From NCBI RefSeq assembly GCF_036365525.1, contig NC_090416.1:13630323-13694322 (forward strand): 64,000 nucleotides of DNA. Direction: 5' to 3'. The translations under genes were made by a program, and so were the position numbers. Position 1 is the stretch's first letter. The number at the start of each line of letters is the position of its first letter. Under the pieces are notes generated by a model that was not told where the DNA came from, made no database searches, and saw only the letters and a list, made by a program, of their open reading frames with translations. Source of the stretch: Heterodontus francisci. Lineage: Eukaryota. Shown here piece after piece: positions 11,323 to 22,802 of the stretch.

Positions 11323-13390
11323 GTGAGTGTGTGTGTTTTTTTTTTCTTTTTGCCGGTTTCCCCTCCTAAAGGAATGTTTTTTTTTAAGGATACGCGGGTG
11401 ACTTTGGATTGGTTCGGCCTCAACTGGAGTCTTGTGTCCAATTCTGACACATTTTAGGAAGGATGTTAAGACATTAGAGGGGGGGGGGGGCGCAGAAAAG
11501 ATTTGAGAATGATTCCAGGGATATGAGACTTCAGTTACGGGGATAGACTGTAAAGGCTGGGGCTGTTCCCCTTAGAGAAGGAAAGGTTGAGAGGAGATTT
11601 GATAAAGGTGTGCGAAGCCATAGGGTCTGGACAGAGTAGATGGGGAGAAACTGTTGGCATTGGCGAAGTGTCGGGAACCAGAGGACACTGAGTTAAGGTG
11701 AATGGCCAAAGAACCAGAGGCGACAAAGGGAGAACTTTTGTTTTTAACACAGCGAGTGATTAGGATCTGAATGTGCAGCCAGAGAAGATTGTCGTGGCTT
11801 TCAAAAGGGAATTGGATAATTAAAGGAAAATTTTCAGGGCTGCGGGGAGCAGGCGGTGGGGAGTGGGACCAGCTGAGTACTGCTTAGAGAGCCAGCATGG
11901 GTGCGATGGGCTGAAGGTCTGCCTCCAGGGCTGTAGGTTTTATGATTCTGATCACTGAGCTGGTGCTGAGGTCGCTAGACAGTGATCAGGAGATCCCCTA
12001 TTAATCACGTGTGGTCAGGCAGTAGTTTATTGCCAGCTTGCCTCAGTCAGTGGCCCCCTCGCCCCTTTGTTCTGAAGGTTGCGGACTGTAGTCCCACTCC
12101 AGGACTTGGAGTGCTGACAGCCAAGAGCAGTAGTGGCAGGTGTATCTGCATTGTGGGTTGTGTGTCATTATTTGAAGAGCAGGAAGGCCACCTGTTCTCC
12201 GGTCAAGGTTCCACCCTCATTTAACAGCCGCCAAAAAGATGTTTTAACTGTTGGTTGAGCTTGATGCTCGTGAGATCGTGCTGTGCATAACGTGGATCGG
12301 TCTGCCATTATTAAATGTATGAAGACAGTAACTGTGCTGAGTATTTGATTCTGTATAAAGTAATTTGGTGGACTATAAATGCAAGGTCTGATATCTTTGT
12401 GACTAAAGAATGAAAGTTGACTTAAAATTCATCTTAAGCCAGCGACTAAATCAAGGTATTGTAAGGACGTGTGACTGGAAGTTGCCGTGTTGAAAGACTC
12501 CTGTGATGCAGCCGCCTCCACGTGGGTAAATTTCACAGAAACTGTTTCCCGTGCAAGGGTGAAGCCTTTTGAAAGTGGATCCAAAAGGAGTGATGTTTTG
12601 GGGGAGCACTTCAGGGTACCGGGCGGCGCTGTATTCATTGTATTCCGGTGCAGCGAAGTCATACGCTCTCCCGGATCCCCTCCCATTCCGTCTGCCCTAT
12701 CCGACATGAATGGAACTTGTGTTGCGTTAAGTGTTTGACAAGTTGAAGTTGTTTGTGTCCTGGCGTCAGCCCATAACTGATCCAAGTCGTGCCAGCTTGG
12801 GAGGACTGCTAGACCGATGCCAGGTGCTTTCCTGTGGGCGGTGAAGGGGCATCTTTTGCTTCTGGGCTACTTTTTAATTTATTTTTCAGCCCGTGAAAGC
12901 GCCGCTTTGACGGAGCTACTGAGGGTAGATTGTGTGCGCCTTCCGCACAAAGTAGACATGGCGAGGAGCGGGCTGAAATGCCTTTTCGGAGAAGCTGTGG
13001 AGGGGGTGAAGCTCTGCTTCTGTGTGTCACGGGGGTGGGGTTACAGAGTTGGCCACAGTAGCTTACTGATGTCTGCCGCAAGGACAGCTCCATTAACTCT
13101 AAGGGAGTAAGGGCAGACAGGATACACGGCTGCGATTTCTAGCTTGAGATCCAAGTGCGATAGGTTGCGTGTCTCGCATTATGATGAGCACTGGTCGAGC
13201 CCCTCTGCGCAGAAACCATTTTCTTCCCCCGGGTTGGCTCAGTGCCAGGCCACGCATCTAGTCTACCCACTGATTCCACCAGGGCGTAGGTTTTAGTTCA
13301 AAATGTTGGTTTTGGTTAACGTAACATAGTGATCCTGTGTATTGCAAGACCCTAGCCAAGTGTCTAAACTGTGTGTGATCTCTCCTTCAG

Positions 13391-13472
13391 GACTATTACG
13401 GAATTCCGTTTGCCACTCCTACCACTCCGATTACTGGAAGGGAAGCAAGCTTGACGAATAATCCATACTCTG
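13391..13472 (+). CDS. UBAP2L: UBAP2L exon (DYYGIPFATPTTPITGREASLTNNPYS)
   Basis: Acceptor ccttcag, donor GTAAGA; conserved peptide. Confidence 0.96.
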
Positions 13473-13587
13473 GTAAGAGATTTGAGGGTGGATGTTGAAA
13501 ATGCACGGGGGCTAAATTGGCGCGGAGCCTCAAAGTCCAAAACTTCCAACAACAAAAAAAAAGTTCTCTCCCTCCTTCTCTTTGCAG

Positions 13588-13805
13588 GGGACCTCACCAA
13601 ATTTGGCCGAGGGGACGCGTCCTCGCCAGCCCCAGCTACCACCCTGGCACAACCTCAGCAGAGCCAAACCCAGACCCACCACACCACGCAGCAGACATTC
13701 CTAAACCCGGCCTTGCCACCCGGTTACAGCTACACCAGTCTGCCGTACTACGCAGGTGTCCCCGGCCTCCCCAACACCTTTCAGTACGGGCCTGCCATGT
13801 TTGCT
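13588..13805 (+). CDS. UBAP2L: UBAP2L exon (GDLTKFGRGDASSPAP...FQYGPAMFA)
   Basis: Acceptor tttgcag, donor GTGAGT; near-identical to human. Confidence 0.97.
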
Positions 13806-16165
13806 GTGAGTATAATCTCCCTTGGCGCCTGGGTGAACAACCAGAGGACCTAGATTTAAAACCATCGGCAAAAGATCTTGTGGGGGGTTGGGGGAGGGAT
13901 TATGAGGGAACATTTTTCACTGCGCGTGTTGTCGGGATCAGGAATGCTCCACCTGGAAAGGTGGTGGAAGCTGATTCAATGTTACGGACATTCTCCCTGA
14001 ATTGAACCCCACTGTGCTATAGTCATTTTTACAACAGGGAGACAACACTGGAAACGTTCAGCCGGTCAAGGCAACTGTGGAGAGAGAATAACAGTTAACA
14101 TTTCAACTCCAATAAATTCTCCTCGGCGATCGCTTTTTAACTCAACAAATTGCCCTACTGCCTCCAAGGGCGGTGGAAACCGGTTCCAAACTTTCAAAAG
14201 GGATTTGGATAAATACTGGGAAAGGGCGATGGGATATGAACGTCGGGGTGGGGTGGCGGTCTGTGGTAGCTCTTTGCGAGCCAGCACAGACACCATGGGT
14301 CGAAAGTATCATTCTGTGACTTAAAACATTAATTCTACCTTGTTTTTTTTTTCTCTCTCCCTCTCTCTGCACAGATGCTGTCTGACCCGCTGAGCGTTTG
14401 TAGCATGTCCGATTTCCGCAGTATTTTGCTTTCCTTTCCGTACATTATATTCACATCGCTTGCCTTTATTTTTTAATAACTGCTTCCCGAATCCTTACTG
14501 CTTCCATGAAGTTTATGGGGCAGTTTTTCCTGTTCCTGCTTCCCGGGGCCTCTGAAATGCCCAGGGGGATTCAAACAGGACGAGCGGGCTGGCACACATG
14601 CCCACAAGGAAGTTCGCTCCGTTTTCTGGTCAGTTCAATTACTGATGGCAATTCGGAATTCCCCGGGGACAGGCAAATCTGCCCCTTGGTTCTATAGACT
14701 TAATTTGTGCTGAATGTATTCCTTGCCCTCATGTTGTTTTCTCCCCGCTTCCCCCTCATAGGGACAAAAGTAGGCCAGAGTTAACATGCAGGTGCAGCAA
14801 GCTATTGGAACACAAGAACTAGGAGAAGGAGCAGGCCATTCGTCCCCTCGCGCCTGCTCTCCCATTCAATAAGGTCATGGCTGATCTGATTGTGGCCAGG
14901 TTGGGCCTGTACTCATTGGAATTTAGAAGAATGAGAGGTGATCTTATTGAAATACGTAAGATTCTGAGGAGGCTTGCCAGGGAGGGTGCTGAGAGGGTGT
15001 TTCCCCTCATGGGGAAATTGAGAACTAGGGGGCACAGTTTCTAAATAAGGGGGTCGCCCATTTACGATGGAGACGAGGAGAAATTTATTCTGAGGGTCGT
15101 GAATCTTTAGACTTATTTACCCCGGAGAACTGTGGGTGCTGGGTCATTGAATATGTTCAAGATTGAGATTGCTGGACTGTTGGGGATTAGATGGGAAAGT
15201 GGAGTTGAGGTAGGCGATCAGCCGTCTTATTGAATGGTGTCGAGTGGCCTCCTGTTACATTATTTCACCCATTGAGCTTGCTTTGCCCTTTTGCAAATAG
15301 TGTAGCATTCCTTGTGTTTCCTTTAATCCCACTGCCCTTTTTTCTCTCTGCCCCTCACATTCCCAAGTGAATGAGTGTCTCCCTCCGATTCCTCAGTCAA
15401 GTTCAGGGACTGTGTTCCCTCAGCTATGCGTGAATCAACGTTTCTCATCCTTGCTGGTGCCAAACTTGGATTCTGCTGTAGCTGCTGTCTGCTTGTTGAG
15501 GTGTATTTTCAGGGGCACTTGATAGCCTAGACAGTGGGGCTATTCAGCCTTGGAAGAGGGGGGCATCTCGACGCTCATCCCGTCCATACCTGACGTCCAC
15601 ATGTATACTTTCCATCATGGATTGCCATCAGGGACTTTGAGATTTGCTTTCCTCTCTAGGCCCAGGAGCACAGTCTCATTACAGTACCCCCAACCTGCTG
15701 CCTTGTGACAATCCGCACTTGAGCATGGACCAAGAATTGAACCCTGTAACCTTGATGGTCAGTAGGGCTCCGCTGTACACTTGGGGCAGCTTTGTCTAAA
15801 ATTTTTGATTTGGGCTAGACGAGGGTAACATACCATGACAACAGATCTCCTCGAGAGGAGTCGCTGCAAGCAGCAGCAGTGCATCTTCACATGAAATGGC
15901 TAGTCGGAGGTCAGTCTCCTGTTCGTCATATTTAACTGCTGCAAATTACCTGCCCCTTTAAGACCATTATCCCTTTAAGAATCGGTCTAGAGGGTCTGAC
16001 ACAGCTGACTGTAGCTGGGATTACACAGGCGAGTTCAGTTGTGAACTTCAGGCTCCCAGTGAGTTAACCAAATGTGCCGCTCTGGCGTGCGCTGGGCATT
16101 GGCCAGGCGCTGGACGTTGTGTGAGGTTTGCTGACTGGCGTGTGGGTCCGTTTTATTTGCCACAG

Positions 16166-16265
16166 GTCCCTCCTACGTCGTCGAAGCAGCACGGCGTGAA
16201 TGTGAACGCGCCGGCCACCGCCTTTCAGCAGGCGAGCGGATACGGAACGCACGGATACAGCACTG
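16166..16265 (+). CDS. UBAP2L: UBAP2L exon (VPPTSSKQHGVNVNAP...GYGTHGYST)
   Basis: Acceptor ccacag, donor GTAAGT; SSKQHGVNV conserved. Confidence 0.95.
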
Positions 16266-19200
16266 GTAAGTGACGCCCGCCGAACCATTCCTCATTCGCC
16301 CACCGAGCTGTTAAACCACATCTGGCAACTTCTGAGCCGCGACACAGCCTTCGGTCAAGGTCCAGCGTGAGAGCTTCGAGGTGGAATCCTAGCTTAAGGA
16401 ACCTCAGCTACTCTGGAGCAGTGTAAACTTCGAGGGGAACTGATAACAGGGTTGCTAGTGTGCCAATTGAGAGATTATTCTGGATTAGGGAGGACCAGGG
16501 GTCACCAGTTGGAACTATATAGAAGTAGGAATGGGCTGGATATTGGGGCTGTGCCTCGAATACATAGCTGACTGGTACAGTCAGTGCTGACTCTGTCTCT
16601 CTAGCTTCAAGAAGGAGCTGGACGAGTTCTTGAGCGGACTAGAGATCACATAGCGAAGGGAAGCGTCTCTATCGACAGGACCTGGCCCGTCAAATCTCCT
16701 TGTTTGGTTACCTGAGAGGGTTGGTGAGGAATTTTCCTTGAGCGTGTGTTCCTGTGAGAGGCATCTATTTGTGATGCTCCAGCCGAACGTGGAGGGTGGG
16801 CCAGCTGGGCCTCGCCCTGCCCGTCAGTTTGGGACGGTCACAGATCATTTCGGGGACCTGAGCTTAAAAGCGAGAGGTTAAATTGTAATTCGGCTCCCTT
16901 GGCAACAGTGCAGCACTGGTAGGATGATGGCAGTGCCTGGCTGCTTCAGCCAGGAACTGCCAACTTCTGCTCATGGGAGTTGTGGAATTACTGACGATGG
17001 AGGGCAAGGAGAAAAAGGAAGTGTTTGAATTTGGGGATTGCTCGTTGGGGGGCCTCGCTGGTTTGTCGTGACTGACTTGAGGTCGGAATGCTGTTAACCT
17101 TACTAACAAGGTGTTCGAGCCCCACTCCGGTCCACTGCATTTTGAAGTGCAGCCCTACCGATGCAAAGTTAAAGCGAAGACATCCCTGCCCCCCCCCCCG
17201 CCCCCCACACAGCTTTGAAGAACACTAAGCTTCCCTGCTGTTCCCGGCCAACACTTCACCCACAGCCCACTCCAACGTCAGATCAACTGGTCACTCTGTG
17301 CTTGCTGAAGGGATCACCCACCCGATCAGCAGAACCTCCTCCTGCGCTCTTCAGAGAATCACAGAATGGCAACAGCCCGAAGGAGGCCATTCAGCCCATC
17401 GTGTCTGTACCAGCTGTCCGCAAGAACAACTCACCTACTCCCACCTTCTCTTTCCCCCCCCCCCCCCCCCCCCCACCTTTTCCCGACAGCCCTGCAAATT
17501 TTTCTTAAGATAATTATCCAGTTCCCTGTTGAAAGTCTAGATTGAATCTGCCTCCACCACACTCTGGGGCAGTGCATTCCAGATCCTAACCGCTCACTGT
17601 GTAAAAAAAAAAAGCTGCTTCCTCATGTCGCTGTTACAACTTTTGCCAATTACGTTCAATCGGTGTCCTCTGGTTCTGGATCAATTAACCAATGGGAACA
17701 GTTTCTCTCTACCTCTGTCCAGACCCCTCATGATTTCAACCCTCCAGCTCTGCCCTTGTATGTTTTCCTCCCTTCCTTTGTTACCCCCGCTCTCTGAAAC
17801 TCCTTTCCCCGAACTCCCCTACCTCCCCATTTCTCTACTTTTTTTTTCCAAAAAAGAAACTTTCGCAATATCTGCCCCATTGACCAAACATTGGGCTTCC
17901 CTCCCTCCCTCCATGACTTTTGGGAACACGGGCTAGAGGAAGCCCTTGACCCTGTTGCACGTTCAGTGAGATTATCTGATATATCACTTGACTCCATCTG
18001 CTTCCTTTTGCCACGTGTTAACAGAAACTTCATCGATCTCCGATTTTAAAAATTACCAATTGACCCAGCACCCAAATGCAGTTTGCAGAAGCCGGTTTCA
18101 AACCTCTACCTCCCTCTGCATGTGGAAGCGATCCCTAACCTCACTCCCAAAGGGCCTAGCCCTAATTTTTAGGCTACGTCCCCTAGGCCAGTGGTTCTCG
18201 CTGAGGGTCCGCAGGCTGCTGGGGTTCCATATAGACTTTCCATGGGTGTCCACAAAGTGTGTAGATGTGAGCAGCTGCCACTTGTGCAGTGCAGGGTCTC
18301 ATCTGGGGAGGGGGGGCGGGGGGTTGGTGGTGAGAAAGCTTGAAGTGCTGAGAACAGCAGAAAGGTCGATGCCCGTTTCCTTAAAAGTATTCAAATGCTC
18401 TTCAGCTGCAGTATTTGAGTATTTGGTACAATTTAAATGAAGGGGCTCGGTGTTTGCTAATCCATTTGAAATTGGATTCCTCAACCCAAGAAGGTTGAGG
18501 ACTGCTGTCCCAGTGGAAGACTCCCCGCACCATCGAAACCATTTCTATCTACCCGATCTGTTCTGCTCAATATCTTAGACTGCGATCAAATCGCCCCCAG
18601 CCCCCTCAATTCCAGGGAATGCAGGCCTAGTTGCTGTCGACCCCTCAACTCCACCAACTTTGAATGCCTTCTGCCTGCCCAGTCTTGGGTGCTAATTCTC
18701 ATGATGCCCAAATGTGTTTGCCCAACAGTCATGCGGAAGTTCCTGCCGCACTTGCTGATGTTTGTGGGTAAACCGAATGCCAAGAGCTTGTATTCGGAAG
18801 TGCTGCGAGTGCAGCTGGAAAGTTTTGAACTGTTTGGGTCCCCTCCCCAGTTTGGGGCCGATTTGTTTTCCACCCCCCCCCCCCCCCCCCCCAAGTTGCC
18901 TGGCATTGGGCTCGTGCCTTGAGACAGCATTGTCAGGAGTGCAGCCTCCCTTTCCGCCAGCACCACAACCTGCAGCAGCAGGCAGTCCATTAAAAGATGG
19001 CTATGAGCATTGGGCTATTTTTAGGGTTGCGTAGGAAGGCGAGACGACGAACGCATTTGTAATCTGTTTACATAGAATTTGCACAGTGGCCATTCGGCCC
19101 AGCTGGTTTATGCTCAGGGTGAGCCTCGTCTCATCCTCTCAGCATATCCTTCTATTCCTTTCTCCCTCGTGTGTTTATCCAGCTTCCCCTTAAATGTATC

Positions 19201-19577
19201 TCTGCTATTCCCCTCAACCGCTCCCTGTGGTAGCGAGTTTCACATTCTCACCACTCTCCGGGGAAAGAAGTTTCTCCTGAATTCCTGATTGGATTTATTA
19301 GTCTTACATTGATGACCCCCTAGTTCTGGTCTCCCCCACAAGTGGGAACAACATCTCTACGTCTAGAGATCGAAACCCTTTTTCATCATTTTAATGACCT
19401 CTATCAGGTCACCTCTCGGCCTTCTCCGTTCTAGAGCCTGTTCCGTCTTTTCTGGTAGTTGCAGCTTCATCCTCGTAAATCTTCTTTGCGCCTTCTCGAG
19501 TTTCCTCTTCAAGTCCTTGTCGTCTGGAGTGAGTTGTTCATTGCACTTTTTCTTTTTAAAATGTTTTGGCATTTTAG

Positions 19578-19651
19578 CTGGTGTGTCAGTGACTTCAAGC
19601 AACACGGGTGTCCCAGACATCTCAGGATCTGTGTACAGTAAGACCCAACAG
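19578..19651 (+). CDS. UBAP2L: UBAP2L exon (AGVSVTSSNTGVPDISGSVYSKTQQ)
   Basis: Acceptor attttag, donor GTAAGT; core identical to human. Confidence 0.96.
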
Positions 19652-20480
19652 GTAAGTGTGCCAACAGCATTCGGAAGATGACTGAAATCTGTTAGTTTTT
19701 AAAACCAACTCTCTTGGCCAAGAAGTAGAATGAGAATCCTGTGTCCTATTTTTTTTTTTTTTAAGAGGTCATGATCTCCGCATAAAGTAAGTTGTCGGGG
19801 CCACAAGCAATTGAGTGAGGTGTGGGAGGGGAAGATTTGGGGTTTCTGTACTTGCATTTGGCATTGGGAGGCTCTTGGACTCTATCCCTTTCCTTTTAAG
19901 CAAGCAACACCTTTGGGTATCTGGAAGGGTACGGTAATTGGAGTATGGTGGTGGTATCTTGAGGGCATGACTTCCTTCTAATTTACAGTCCAAAGCAAAA
20001 TACTGCAGACGCTGGAAATCTGAAATAAAAGCAGACGGCGCTGGAAATACTTAGCGGGTCAGGCGGCATCTGTGGAGAGAGCAACAGTTAACGTTTTGGG
20101 TCGATGACCTCTCGGCAGAACGTTCTAACTGGTCACTCAACCCGTGTTGAAGTCCGGCTGTGGAATTGAGCCTATAATCCGACGCCGCGGTGCAGGCCTG
20201 AGGGACTGCTGCCTTGCCAGCGATGCCCTCTTTCAGGCAAGATGTTAAACCAAGCCCTACCGCCCACTCGTGGGCGTGATAGGTCCTATGACGCCAGAGA
20301 GAGAGAGAGAGCAAGAGAAGAGGGCTGGGAGTATGAGCTGAGTCATGAGAATGTGCCGCAAGACACTGGGTGCTGTGGTTTGAAAGGAGAGTGGTTGGAG
20401 TGAGGGGTGGGGGGGGAAAGGAGCGCATTCATTTGCTTCGGACTTGACCTTTAACCTTTTTGGTTTCTCTTCCGCCCCAG

Positions 20481-20669
20481 TCTTTCGAGAAGCAGGGCTT
20501 TCACACTGGAACTCCAGCAGCCTCATTCAACCTGCCCTCCGCTCTGGGCAGCGCGGGCCCCGTGAACCCAGCCACCGCTGCTGGCTATCCTCCTCCGTTC
20601 ATGCACATCCTGGCGCCTCACCAGCAGCAGATGCACTCGCAGATCCTGCATCTCCAACAGGATGGCCAG
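20481..20669 (+). CDS. UBAP2L: UBAP2L exon (SFEKQGFHTGTP...LQQDGQ)
   Basis: Acceptor ccccag, donor GTAATT; conserved peptide. Confidence 0.96.
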
Positions 20670-21449
20670 GTAATTAAAAAGGCTGATTGCCGGTCTTTTA
20701 TGTCGAGAGGGTTAGAATGCAAAGGATCGAAGTTCTGTTATGGCTCTGCAGAGCTCTGGTTAGACCCCATGCGTTAGTGCATTGTATTCCGGGCCCTGCA
20801 CCTCAGGAAGGATATACTGGCCATGGAGAGGGTGCGGCACAGATTCACCAGAATGATCCCGGGGATAAAAGGGTTAAATTGAGACAGGTTGCACAGACTG
20901 TGCTTGTATTCCCCTGAGTATAGAACATTAAGGGGTGATCCTATCTGGGGGGGAGGGGGGGGTGCGGGTTAAGATGATTAAAGGATTCAATGGGGTCGAC
21001 AGAAAACTCTTTCCTCTGGTGCCAGTCCAGAACCTTAAAATTCGAGCCAGGCCGTTCAGGGGTGATGTCAGGAAGCACTTCTTCACACAAAGGGGAGTGG
21101 AAATCTGGAACACTCTTTTCCCCCGAAAAGCTGTCGAAGCTGGTGAGCCATTGGAAATTTCCAAACCAATTTTTGTTAGGTTAAGGATATTGAGGGTTAT
21201 TTCTGGAACCAGGGCGGGGGTAGGTGGAGTTATGATAACAGGTCAGCCAGGATCCCACTAAGTGGCAGTGGAACAGCTCGAGGGGCCTCCTCCAGTCACT
21301 ACGTAGGTGCGTGCTCGTTCTGTACTCCTTGCTGATGGGTTGACAGGGCAGGAGACTTGTGACATTTCCACAGCTGTGAAGAGGGAATTGGTGAGATTGA
21401 GCTCCAGAATCACGTCGAAGGGGGCTCCAAAAGAGCATTACACCTAGTG

Positions 21450-22550
21450 CCACTCCCCCTGCCTTCTCCCCATAACCCTGCACGTTCTTGCTTTTCTTAT
21501 AACATTCTAACTCCCATTTGAAAGCCTCGATTGAATCTGCCTCCACCGCACACAGGCAGCGCAGTCCAGACCTTAACCACTCACTGCGTGAAAAAGTTTT
21601 CCCTCATGTCACTTTTGCTTTTATCAAATTGTTTAAATCTGTGCCCTCTCGTTCTCGATCCTTTGACGAGTGGGAACAGTTCCTCCTATCTGCTCTGTCC
21701 AGACCCCTGTGTGCATACCTCTATCAAATCTCCTCCCAGGCGTCTCTTATCCAAGGAAAATAGTCCCAACTTCTCCATTCTGTCTTCAGAACTGAAGTTC
21801 CTCATCCCTGGAATCATTCTTGTGAATCTTTTCTGCGCCCTCTCTAACGCCTTCGCATCCTTCCTAAAGCATGACACCCAGAACAGGAAGCAATTCTCCA
21901 GCTGAGGCCAGGCTAATGTCTTACACAAGTTCTATATAACCCTTTGTTCTTGTACTCTGTGTGCCCCTGTTAATAAAGCCCAGGATACTGTATGCTTTAT
22001 TAACTGCGCTCTCAACCTGTCCTGCCACCTTCAATGACTTATGTACATATACACCCAGGTCCCTCTGCTCCTGCACCCCCTTTAGAATTCTACTCTTTAT
22101 TTTATATTGTTCTCCATGTTTTTCCTACCAAAATGAATCACTTCACATTTCTCTGCATTGAACTTCATCTGCCACTTGTCTGCCCATTTCACCAACTTGT
22201 CTATGTCCTTTTGAAGTTCTACACTATCCTCCTCACAGTACACAATGCTTCCAAGTTTCATATCATCTGCAGACTTTGAAATTGTGCCCTGTACACCAAG
22301 GTCTGGGTCATTAATATATATCGGGAAAAGCAAGGGTCCCAACACTGATCCCTGGAGAACTCCACTACAAACCTTCCTCCAGCCCGAAAAACATCCATTA
22401 ACCACTGCTTTGTTTCCTGTCACTCAGCCAATTCCGTATCCATGTTGCTACCGTCCCTTTTATTCCATGAGCTACAAGTTTGCTCACAAGTCTGTTGTGC
22501 GGCACTGTATCAGACACCTTTTGGAGGTCCGTGTGCACCACATCAACATC
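21450..22550 (-). mobile_element. CR1 LINE ORF2 (RT) fragment
   Basis: SGVLQGSVLGPLLF...SADDMKLG...WQMKFNAEKC peptides on the minus strand. Confidence 0.9.
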
Positions 22551-22802
22551 TGGGCAGGTTGTTCACTGGAATAGCTCAATAACAAGGGGTGCCTGTTTTT
22601 AAAACAAACAAAAAAAGTGCCTAGTAAGATGGGAAGTCAGTGCAACAGATTGACTTGAGAGGTTAGAGAGTCATAGAATAAGTTACCAGGCTGAGTTTCT
22701 GGAGGGAAAGAGAAAAGGAGCCAAAGGCCCTTTTAACTCTTGTCAGCAGGTCCCAGTCCTGAGATGCTAACGCACAATCCAAACTGGCAGCATTACTGAC
22801 TG

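Noticed and set aside
12780-13330. Telomerase RNA (fragments such as tttttcagc, agagttgg, agggcgtagg and an ACA box)
   Set aside because: No CTAACCCT template, P6.1 cannot form, and the motifs are out of order.
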